From Bugula neritina (Eukaryota; Animalia; Bryozoa): 64,000 nucleotides of DNA. Numbering within the stretch: the first letter of the stretch is position 1; every line of letters begins with the position of its first letter. The stretch spans positions 9,515,751 through 9,579,750 of the forward strand of contig OZ037773.1 of NCBI GenBank assembly GCA_964035545.1. Direction: 5' to 3'. Positions 1 through 10,113 of this stretch are shown here, in pieces. A program made the translations under genes and the position numbers. Under the pieces are notes generated by a model that was given only the letters and a program-made list of their open reading frames with translations, did not search any database and was not told where the DNA came from.

Positions 1-1
1 T

Positions 2-2677
2 TTCCATCATGTCATCTAAACGCTCTCCCAATTCAAAAACATGTTGATAGCAGGTCTTGACTTCATCGGCAGTGTCTTCCTTTGTCCAAAGTTGTCGCAG
101 GATGTACATTGGTCCACGTACAGTTCTTCCATAGAGTAACTCGAATGGGGCGAAGCCTGTTGATTCCTGTGGGACTTCTCTATATGCAAATAGAGCCGCA
201 TTGATGAATCGATGCCACTGTCTTGGCTCTTTAGCACACAACTTTTTTAACATACTCTTGAGGGTTTCGTTGAACTTTTCCACAAGTCCATTGGCCATTG
301 CATGGTATGGTGAGGTAGGAAGTTGTCGCATGTCAAGTAATCTGGTAAACTCTTTCATGTAGTCCGAGATGAATTGAGTTCCTTGGTCGCTTATCACCTC
401 CTCTGGTATCCCAACACGACTATATATGTCAAGCAGCGCTTCAGCTACAGTAGCTGAGTCAATGTTCTTCAATGGTGTAGCTTCAGGATATCTTGTAGCA
501 TAGTCAACTAAAGTTAGGATGTAGCGGTGTCCTTTCTCACTTGGAGGGTTAATTGGTCCGATTAAGTCTATTGCACATCTCTTGAATGGGGTGTCAATTA
601 GTGGTGTTTCCTGTACTGGAACTTTCATGACTGAGCCTTTTTTCACCGTCTTCTGGCAAATGTCACATGATTGACAGAAACGTACGACATCTCCGTTTAG
701 TCCTGGCCAGAAGAAGTTGGAAAGCACTCTATCAGTGGTTTTCTTTACTCCTAGGTGTCCGCTCATTATGCAGTCATGAGCTTTCTGTAGAACTTCCTTC
801 CTCAGAGAACTGGGTACCATGAGTTGTTTAACAGGTTTTACACTGACAGACTTCGAGTCGGTGTACTCACGGTACAGGATCTTATTCCTCACCACAAACC
901 TAGTGGTGCATCCCTTTTTCTCCTTCACTTCTTTTGCATCGAAGAAACGCTCCAATGTGGGGTCATCCCTCTGCAGTCTGGCTATCTCATCTTTCCCTAT
1001 ACTTAATGGGTTAGCATTTGAATCAATCATCAGTGGTTTGTCCCCTGACTTTTCCTTGACAGCTTGAGCTCTTGTGGTCATGGCGCAGTCCTTCCAGTTT
1101 TCCAGTGGCTGGTCAGCTGATCTTGCTCCATCCACATTCCCAATAAGCAGGTCACAAATCGTCTTGTCCATTACTGCAGCTTTGACGACACCATTGTAAA
1201 ATGGTGAGCGTACTGAGATAAGTGCCCACTGAGCCTCCCTAACACTTGCATCAGCCATATTCAGATAAACTGATTCTCCAGTTAAGTGTTGAGGTTGCAC
1301 ATACTTTGCATTGACTACAATGCAACCACAGCCGGTGTCGCGCATTACAGTAGCTCGTTGGCCATTAACTTCCGCATCAAATATCGCTGTGCCCCCATCT
1401 TTGAATTTAGGTCCATTCTTGCAGACAGCAGCGTTGATAAACTTTTTACCATTAACTGTGATTTCCGTAGGTTCTTCCACTTTAGATGAGATTCCTGGAT
1501 CTGTGACCACAGTCTTATTCTGAGTAGTCGCTATTGCAGCAGCAGCATGCACTGATCTCCCACCATACTTTCTGCAGTCTGAAGTATTGTGGTTGTTCAT
1601 CTTGCAATGTGAACAGTGCTTCTTCCCTTGCCGTGGGCAGTTACGAGCAATGTGCGACTTATCTTTGCAGATGAAGCATGCACCATCGCTTTTACTTCCT
1701 TGTTCAGCATCCATGCTATCGGCAGGCGCGTTTTCCATCCTTTTTGTATTGGTTTTCTTTGTCTTTGCTAGTTTCCTTCCACGAGCGTGCAAGAACAGTG
1801 ACGCTGCATCACACATATCCTCACTGCTGTTGTAGGAACTTTGCTTTAAATGCACAGCTAGGTCGTCTGGGCATGATGATATAAATTGTTCAGTCGCCAC
1901 TAGTTTGGCTATGTCCATGCCCCCTGAAAGTTCTACCCACTTGTGCACATAAGTTTCTATCCTAGTGAATAGTTGGGCAGGAGTTTCATCTTCGTAAGCT
2001 TCTGCCTCTCTGAGCTTTTTTCTGTAGCCCTCTTGAGTCAAGTTAAAGCGCTCCAACAAGGCTTCTTTGACTTTTTTATAATCTCTACGATCGGTAGGTG
2101 ACAACCGGATGTAAGCTTCTGTTGCTGTACCCCTTAGGTACTGACTGAGATGGTAGGGCCAATCTCCCTTGTCCCAGTTACATCCTTCGGCAACCCACTC
2201 GAACCGCTCTAAATAGCTATCCATTTCGTCCACCTTCTCATCAAAGAATGGTATTTTTGGTTTTGGTTTGTTAGCTATTTCTAACCTGGTGCTCTCATGT
2301 CTTGAGTGCTCCAAACTTGTGTTTGCTTTCAGCTTTTCCATATCTAATTCATGTTGTTGTCTTCTCTCTTCTGCCTCCTGGTCAGCTTTAACCTTGAGTG
2401 CCATTGCCTCCTGATCAGCTTTAACCTTGAATGCCGTTGCCTCCTGATCAGCTTTTATCTTCATCTCCATTAAGGCTTTCTCATTCTCTTGCCTGATCTT
2501 TTCTGCCTCACGCTCTAATCTACGTTCCTCTCGGTCCTTTTCTTTTTCCTCTCGGTCCTTTTCTTTTTCTTCTTGTGCAGCAACAATGGGTAGGTTCTTT
2601 TCAACAAAAGCTATGAGCTTGTCCTCCACCAACCCAAGGTCTTTACCCATCTGTGTCACTCTCTCCAACAACGCCAT
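2..2677 (-). CDS. Gag-Pol polyprotein, 3'-partial (Gag, 2x CCHC, protease, integrase)
   Basis: Hand translation from ATG 2677 gives 892 codons without a stop to the window edge. Gag core: IPFFDEKVDEMDSYLERFEWVA...YLRGTATEAY. Knuckles: CFICKDKSHIARNC and CSHCKMNNHNTSDC (~1680-1573). Protease: MRDTGC (~1340) and DLLIGN. Integrase: HHCC (AHDCIMSGHLG...CDIC), IDLIGP, SDQGTQF, GLVEKFN. Absent from the ORF track, presumably because it has no stop in the window. Confidence 0.95.
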   Translation of the reverse strand, partial: MALLERVTQMGKDLGLVEDKLIAFVEKNLPIVAAQEEKEKDREEKEKDREERRLEREAEKIRQENEKALMEMKIKADQEATAFKVKADQEAMALKVKADQEAEERRQQHELDMEKLKANTSLEHSRHESTRLEIANKPKPKIPFFDEKVDEMDSYLERFEWVAEGCNWDKGDWPYHLSQYLRGTATEAYIRLSPTDRRDYKKVKEALLERFNLTQEGYRKKLREAEAYEDETPAQLFTRIETYVHKWVELSGGMDIAKLVATEQFISSCPDDLAVHLKQSSYNSSEDMCDAASLFLHARGRKLAKTKKTNTKRMENAPADSMDAEQGSKSDGACFICKDKSHIARNCPRQGKKHCSHCKMNNHNTSDCRKYGGRSVHAAAAIATTQNKTVVTDPGISSKVEEPTEITVNGKKFINAAVCKNGPKFKDGGTAIFDAEVNGQRATVMRDTGCGCIVVNAKYVQPQHLTGESVYLNMADASVREAQWALISVRSPFYNGVVKAAVMDKTICDLLIGNVDGARSADQPLENWKDCAMTTRAQAVKEKSGDKPLMIDSNANPLSIGKDEIARLQRDDPTLERFFDAKEVKEKKGCTTRFVVRNKILYREYTDSKSVSVKPVKQLMVPSSLRKEVLQKAHDCIMSGHLGVKKTTDRVLSNFFWPGLNGDVVRFCQSCDICQKTVKKGSVMKVPVQETPLIDTPFKRCAIDLIGPINPPSEKGHRYILTLVDYATRYPEATPLKNIDSATVAEALLDIYSRVGIPEEVISDQGTQFISDYMKEFTRLLDMRQLPTSPYHAMANGLVEKFNETLKSMLKKLCAKEPRQWHRFINAALFAYREVPQESTGFAPFELLYGRTVRGPMYILRQLWTKEDTADEVKTCYQHVFELGERLDDMME

Positions 2678-2753
2678 AATGTCTCAACAACCGTTAATTA
2701 ATCCTGTGTATACTCACGTTGTAACTAATAACTTCCCTGTGTGCGACTGAGAC

Positions 2754-2771
2754 TTCCCGGAGCAGCCCCCA
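2754..2771 (-). promoter_or_regulatory. Primer binding site, tRNA-Pro-like
   Basis: Minus strand reads TGGGGGCTGCTCCGGGAA, 2 nt after the LTR. This is close to the canonical tRNA-Pro PBS TGGGGGCTCGTCCGGGAT. Confidence 0.8.
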
Positions 2772-2773
2772 AT

Positions 2774-3321
2774 TGTCACAAAACTGTAGGTAGCAGTGTG
2801 ACGAGTTCGAAAAGTCTGGTAGTCAGAAGTGTGTAGACAAGTAGTATACAGCTTGCTAATCCAGTTGTGAATAAATAGAGTTGTGGATATAAGTATACTT
2901 TATTTCTCTAGTAAGATATGCACAGATGAATGTATTAAAATGAACTCCAAGAATGAACTTATAAAAAGGAACTGATTCGTAAACACAACTGCCTCAGTAT
3001 TTATAGTAAACAAAACACTCTAGAACATTCTCAAGCATTCCAGTATAGAAGATTCTAGTAGAAAACATTCTCCACATGCCAATACTATTTATAGAAAATC
3101 AAAACAAAACAAAACATTGGAATTTCCATGGTTATTTCGCAATTATTGCGCAACACCTTGTTTACATTGCTGGGCAGTAGTTAACATGACTAATGAAAAC
3201 AATAACAATGAACAATGACCCATCTCTTTCATCAGTCTAGAATATTTATGAACATTCCTGTATAATCATTAGGAAAAACCTGGTAGGTCTATAGATATAT
3301 GTACACTCAGAATTTGTGACA
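2774..3321 (-). repeat. 5' long terminal repeat (548 bp)
   Basis: TG...CA ends with a 9-bp inverted repeat (TGTCACAAA/TTTGTGACA). Minus-strand TATAAA at 3005-3000 and AATAAA at 2904-2899. Confidence 0.9.
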
Positions 3322-3720
3322 TGTATGAAGGAATGTTTTTTACACTCTTGGTGTAGGTATGCTGTGTATTAATCGCATCTGTAGATTTAGCTAGTTAGTA
3401 GTTATGGTATCCCTTATTGCATCAAGTACAGCAGCCTAACAATATTCTCAGATATGTTACACTTTGTATATAACTAATACATGTGAAACTGATGATAATT
3501 GTCTATCAAGTGCTTCAGTATTTTCCATGACTACTGAATGAAATAATAATTTAAATTTATTAAAATTTTTAAGAAACAAACCTGTGATTTTGACACTAAA
3601 ATGCATTATTGTAAAAGTATAAATTATTATTTAATAAAGGCTAACAAAACTCTGCATTCAGATGTTGAGAAAAAGAATATATGAGAAATGCTCGTTCAGT
3701 ATGATTCTTGTTCGCCACAG

Positions 3721-6700
3721 GTTCTGTCCGTGGAGTCCGCAGAAGGCGAACCTGCAGAATACCGAGAGGTAATCTACATCAATCCCTCGGAGGTCACCAA
3801 GACCTCACAGGAAGTAGTGACCACGCCCACTTCCTCCTCGTCTCCAGTTGGAATAGTTAGCAATGCAGGTGGGTGTGGCCTGTAGGCTCTTCTTGTCTGT
3901 AGTAAATAATATATACACTAAGATTCAGGCTAAGCCTATGAAATCAAAAATTTCTCAACATTTTTATGGATGTGCAAAATGGAAAATTTCTTTTTTCTTC
4001 TTGGTCCAAAATGAAAAGCCATTACAAAAAGTTGAGACGTTTCTTATTTCCTGTCTTTTTCTCTGACTTCAGCATCTTAGTCCCCTGCTGACTTTAGTAT
4101 TAGTGTCAGAGCTGTGCTCCTGTTTATTATCATCTTCGTTACTCTAGTCAAGAAAGTTATTAATGGACATACTTCTTCATGCTTTACAGTGAGAGGCGTT
4201 CAGTGTTTGGTAACTTCTGTGAAACCAGCAGGAAATCTTCATAAAGGTGATAGTAGGAGTGATGTCACCAGAAGTGATGTCACAGTAAGTGATTTCACAG
4301 GGAGTGTTGCTGCAGGAAGTGATGTCACCGGGAGTGTTGCTGCAGGAAGTGTTGTCACCGGAAGTGTTGCTGCAGGAATTGATGTCACGGGAAGAGATGT
4401 CACAAGTTTAGAAGTGGATGCTGGAGAGAAGGAAGAAGACAAATCCCCCAGTCAGGAGTTTACTAGAGTCTGCTTGGAGAGAAATGTGCAAGGTGAGTGT
4501 GAGGTCACAGGTGAGGTTTAAGGTCACAGGTGAGTTTAACATCTCTGTATAGTGTATTGAGTAAATAACTCCCATTTATGAAATCCCCTAATTGTTGTGT
4601 TAACCGAAGCTATAGAATATTCGACTTGCCTGTCAGGAGTTACCTTCCCTACTTTAACAACACTACTGAATATACTCCGGAATCAATACTCAGTACCTTG
4701 TACCTACCTCTCAGGTCTTTTATTGATTTGTTATGTAATATCTGTCTCATACTCTACTAACTGTAGACTCTATGTCACTTCATCTATTGGATAAAGTTTA
4801 CGCTACGTTTCTAACCAGACAGCGTCAGCACGTCGTCAGCACTCCGCAGCTGTTGGCAGCTTGATCTTCTGCTAGTCAATTGTTGGTTTACTTACCTCTA
4901 GTAAACTAGTGTACTTACCTCTACTGTACTTACCTCTACTGTACTTACCTCTACTGTACTTACCTTTAATTGAATTAGCTACTCTTAGTCTGACTAGAGT
5001 CTATGCTGCCATACAAAGTGCTTGTCATGACCTCAACATGTCATACTGGAACATGGACTTAGTGGATGAATTAACTCAACTTCTGCTCTTTCTATCCGAC
5101 CCATTTGGTATCTTTTTAAATATTTTATTCTTAATTGCACAGAAATTTTATCAGATTTTCATATCTAGTGCTTCTTCAGTGAATCCTTCTGCATAAAGAG
5201 GGTGATAGTCTGTTCGGAACTCTTTTAGTTAAGACTTTTCGTGGAGCTGTAGTGTTATTCATGTCGGTCGTCCCATCTGCAATTATCTGCAACTATATGC
5301 TAAACGTTGAGCATTTTCTAATTTGGAGTTAGCTTATCACATCTGTTCGGAGAACCACAAATTCATGGGGATGAGCTCACCTTCCCTATCCACTACCGTA
5401 TAGTGTGTAGACCTCAGTATTTCACCAGGCTGTGTTGTGAGAAGTTATTCACAAATAGCCACAAATCCACCCTCTCATTAGTCCCTGTTTAGGGGTGTTC
5501 ACTGTAAGCCTGCACAGTTTCTTGTTAAATTTTCAGAACCTGTGAATTCACAACCTGCTTCAAGACTGCCACAACATCCCAAGGAGAGATTTACCAGTGA
5601 AGCCAGCTTGTCCTGTGAACCCGGTGCTCATATAGCCTACAATCCTGAGGATGTAAGAGGCAGTAAGGTGAGGGCAACAGGCTTCCCCATCTTTGTTCTA
5701 CCATACTCATATCTTAGTCTATATTTTGTGATGCTTTACCTTAAATCCTCAACAGTAAAATTAATCTAACAGCAAAGTAAAGATAGGATACCCGTATGTC
5801 TAATTCTTGACTAAACATTTCAGTTCCGTGGGCGACATGAACCAGCAATGAGGGACGCCGACCGAGCCCCCTTGAACAGAGCCAGTGTAGTACTCCCTAG
5901 AACTCAGTCTACAAAGTCTCAAGAGAAGACTACTCCTACTAAGCTCCTGTTCACCACCTCATCCACTGATAACAGGTACTGTGGTAATAGTAGTAGTAGT
6001 TGTGTTCTCTTGAAGTTGTCTCCCTGTCTTAAGTTGTGTTTATACCTCTGCTGAAAAAAGTACCGAGTTTAAGTTAATAATGCTTGTCCGGGTACCCCTT
6101 TATAGTCAAACTGAAACTCGTTGAAATCATATTGATGCGGTTGCTCACTTTCTGAAATTGAAATTTGACTCGCATAATAGCTATTTGATGCCCTTTGTAA
6201 ACGTCGTGAATTAGTGAAGCGGAAAGCATAAAAGCGATAATTGAGAAGGCGTAGGCTATATAATTATAAGCGTATAAGTACGTTGTCTAATCGCCAAAGT
6301 AATAACTAAATAACGATGTTTACAAGGAGTTATTACTCCTATTCTAAAATTGGCCGATAAAGTTATCACAGTACAAAAATTTCAACGGGCGGCTTTTACA
6401 ATGCAATGCAACTCGGAGAAATTTCAACCCGGCCAAATTGAAATTTTTGACCGAAAATCGTGAAGGTATAAACGCAACTTTAGTCTGAGAGACATGCTAC
6501 TTCACTAACGGCTCACATCAGTGTGAAATAATGTAATAATTGTATTCTATGCCAATTTGTGTCCATACTTTGCAATGTTTATAGTATCATTTTGTTTGTA
6601 TGTTTGACACATTCACTTGTGACACATTCACTTGTGACACATTCACTTGTGACACATTCACTTGTGACACATTCACTTGTTGTGACACATTGACTTAGTG

Positions 6701-6751
6701 TCACCACTTCTTCTCACCTGTTCTATCATGTCATCATCTCACAGCTACTGA
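3721..6751 (+). CDS. 3' exons of an unidentified low-complexity Ser/Thr-rich protein (5'-partial)
   Basis: Phase-consistent AG/GT exons 3721-3868, 4190-4492, 5537-5667 and 5824-5975. Tentative last exon 6745-6751 (AG|C TAC TGA) with AATAAA at 6971. No recognisable domain; could instead be upstream exons of the KASH locus. Confidence 0.55.
4254..4405 (+). repeat. Coding 15/30-bp tandem repeat (GSDVT/GSVAA)
   Basis: Repeated GGAAGTGATGTCACCGGGAGTGTTGCTGCA-like units inside exon 4190-4492. Confidence 0.8.
4888..4965. repeat. 15-bp minisatellite (TACTTACCTCTACTG)
   Basis: About 4-5 copies; generates the YLPLL repeat of a spurious ORF. Confidence 0.85.
6605..6697. repeat. 15-bp minisatellite (TGACACATTCACTTG)
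   Basis: About 6 near-perfect tandem copies. Confidence 0.9.
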
Positions 6752-8594
6752 CTTCTAATAGTAACTACACCCACTCTGCTGTACGGAGTTGTTAGATGTC
6801 TCTGTACACTGGAAGACAATACACTGTATTGTGGGTAATTTGCTGTCTTGGAGATGTTTGTGTGGTATAAAGCTTGTAGAGCTATAATATGTTTTTAATT
6901 AAAGAAAAGGCAATTATTTAGCTCTTAGAAACTACTAACTGCATAAATCTGACAGGTGAATATAAATCCTAATAAATGGAGTATTCCCAATGGTGGCCAT
7001 ATCCGAAACTTGGGGTACTTTCAAAAACTAATTAACTTATGAAGTGACACGTGTACATTAACTATAACATTATGCATTATTAGAGGGTATGGTAGGCATA
7101 CTATATTTTATTATCTTCAACTGGTAATCCAGTATTTCCACTTATTCTGGTGCCTGGATGCTACCACCAGCCTACACCACTCATTCCTTTTCAGCACTCA
7201 ATAGCTATTCCTTTATGGAGGGGCTAGTTTTACTCCAAAACTCTTTTCATTTACTGTGATTCTTGCAGGCTCAGAGTAAAATTCTCCACACCCTGTATAA
7301 TTGAAAATTATATTTATAAAAACACTAATACCTTTGAATAAACTCAAATTATTTTAGTGTAATATAGATATTTGTGTAGTGAACAAAGCTATGAATACAT
7401 GTAGCATTACTTGCTTGTATTGTAAACTATCGCACACAATAGCTATACAGATACACACCATGGAGGTGAGGTTACACATGTTGTGATATGACCAGGTATT
7501 CTACCTGTGTATTGTGTACATAATGTAATAGCAAGGTGCTGTATTGTTATACCAAGGTGACCCAGTTCATATACCACAGTGCTCTGTGTCATTACAGCCC
7601 AGCTTATTGTTTACAGAGACAATTAGTGAAATAATTTGACACAAAAGGCTCTTTCATGTTTGGCAGAACAAAAAGTTGTCCTGTTAGTTTTGGCTGCTGC
7701 TTTGCTGTCAGAGGCAGCACCTTTATTCAGCTGATCTCATTCTCACCACCTGAAATAACTTACCAGGCTGTTTGGATAGTTTTTATCTTTCAAGTTACTG
7801 TGTTGTAACAGTTTCTAAATTTTCTCTTGGCTAGCTCTATGTGGTAGTGTGGTGCTCACCTGTTCAGTTAGTTAGTGGAAGAACTGATCAGTTAAAGTGT
7901 TTAAAGTCAAGCTCTGCACTCACTGGATTAAACTGTGAAACTCAAAAGGTTTACTTCTGGCGTATCAAAGGATTTACTTGAGGTGACTCTTTACACTGTG
8001 CAGCTGGTCACTGGAGGACATTGCTACTACTTCCGCAGGTTAATTCTATTTAGCGGTTTTTACCTGCAGAGGACAGTCAATAGCCAACTAATAACTCACA
8101 GCATATTGAACTGCAGTCATAGGTGTGTTGAAACTGGAGTCATTTTGGCAAAATTCCTTATAAATTAGAAGATATTGGAAACACCTCATGCAGCTGGTGA
8201 ACACAGGCAACTAGGCTATTGTCTTTTATTGATAGCTATCAGTGTGGGAATTGAAATTTATTGGACTAGTAAATCTTGCACAAGAGTGTTTACTTTTCGA
8301 ATTAGTTAGCTGAAGTTACACGAAATATCTTTATCGGCTATTTTTATGGAGATTACCTTTGGCCCAGGTACATAGCTGAAGGCCCAGGTACATGGCTAAA
8401 AGCAGTGAAATGGATTTCCAAGTACTCGATATATTTACCAGAGTTTGTTTGGACTGTAAACTTGCTCTCAGATGAGGATTAGTGTAAGAATAATAAATCA
8501 CTAGTAACTCTAGTCTAAGTGCCTTGCTAGTTGAGGTCTATGTCGTCATCTCATCACCTGTTGGGTTGGAGCCAATTCCCACACAGTCATTAGA

Positions 8595-10113
8595 ATGTCT
8601 AAGGGCGAGGAGCTGTGTGACAAGTCTAATCCTCCAGGTAATGGAGAGGAGGTGTGTTGGACAGAGGAGCTGGAGTGGAACGATTCCCTGTGGGTAGAGA
8701 ATAATAACTCTGTGGAGGGAAGCAAAGACTATACGCTCAGTCATTCACTCTGGACATCTTGTGGCACTCAGTTGGCTTTCTCTAAGTCAGCTGTTCAAGG
8801 AAATATTGAGTCAGCGTTTCAAGGAGATATTGAGTCAGCATTCCAAGCAGCGTCTGCAGAAGACTATGATCTGGAGGAATCAGATCTGGAGAGTGGATAC
8901 TTAGCAGACGTCTGCTACTCAAGTGACTCATCTGCTTCCAGCTCTCAGTACGATGTTCAGCTGACTCCAGGAGCAGGAATCATGTACGACAACTCCACAG
9001 ATGATGCTAAACTCTCACTCGTAAAGTCAAGGACACCCAAAGGTCGAGTGGTGAGTGGAGCGGATTTAAAAACTACTGGGACATGCAGACCTTGTTGCGA
9101 TCAGAAATATACATTCCGCCAGAAACATGAATATCTGAGACGGACATCTCCGTCCAGTCTTCTCTCATCCAGCCTGAGATCAACTTCTACTTCCTCTTTA
9201 GCGTCCTCCGTGTCAAGGTCAAGCAGAAGTGCCTCGCCATATCTATTACAGCAGGTCAAGGACATCAAGAATCTCTCCGGTTCCCGTCCAGAGAGAAATC
9301 ATCAGAGAGGCAGTAGTGCCCCGTCCCGACACATTAGCTACGGTTTACCCTCCAAGTCTAAGACTGTACCTAGGAATGGGCGGGGATCCAGTGAACCTCC
9401 ATCTGGAGGTCGGACTATTCAAACAGGAAGTGGTGCTCGTAGCACTAACAAAGAGCGCCATCTACATTGCCATCACTCTCCATCAGCTAACAGATCCACC
9501 TACTGTGGTCGGCTGCATGGCTCCACCCCTTCTCCCCCTACTATCACCAACAAACTATCCACCACTGGTAGAATATTCAAACCCACTGCTTCAAAACCAA
9601 AGGACAGTAATTTTTCACCAACAACTGAGAAATCAATTTCTAAAACTCATAAGCCTTGCTGTGCCGTGCGTTACCAACCACAGCCTAAATTTCCATACCT
9701 GCGGGCTGGGAGTGGAGCAAAGTCTACTTTGAAAAGTGCCAAATCAAGTAAAGCTAGCCCTAGGTGTAAAAGCTCAACTGATAGTCATGCTAATAAAATT
9801 CATAATCAAGAAAGTAACAACAATAATACGACTGACTGTCATATCGAATCTCACTCAGTTTCTCCGTCTCACTTCAACTCACCCACTCACTCACTGCCAG
9901 TCAAACACTCAACTCCAAAGTCTAAGTTACGGTGTGATGAGTCACTACTAGAGTTTCCCTCTCTCTATTATAAACTTGATTGTAGCGGTGATAGCTTAGC
10001 CACGGATCTTAAGTCTCGCCAGGCTAAAGCTGGGACGGTGTACAGAATACTCGACAATGGTGATGTTGTGTGTGAATCTCAGTCTAAGACAAACAGTCAC
10101 ACTGATTCTAATG
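8595..10113 (+). CDS. Probable first coding exon of the KASH gene (Ser-rich, disordered)
   Basis: The 516-aa ORF contains a consensus donor AAT G|GTGAGT at 10113, phase 1, matching the phase-1 acceptor at 12372. It contains EELEWND. Confidence 0.7.

Larger units (their letters stand above)
1..3321 (-). mobile_element. Ty3/gypsy LTR retrotransposon, Gmr1-type (5' LTR, PBS, gag-PR-IN; remainder outside window)
   Basis: LTR with TGTCACAAA...TTTGTGACA termini (2774-3321), PBS immediately internal, followed by a long ORF with Gag zinc knuckles, aspartic protease and a gypsy-like integrase. Confidence 0.95.

Noticed and set aside
16-1884. Short ORFs listed over the retroelement
   Set aside because: Antisense or out-of-frame shadows of the gag-pol ORF.
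8595-8615. ORF begins MSKGEEL, identical to the GFP N-terminus
   Set aside because: Similarity stops after 7 residues. The rest is Ser-rich and disordered, with no GFP barrel or chromophore sequence, so this is coincidence rather than vector contamination.
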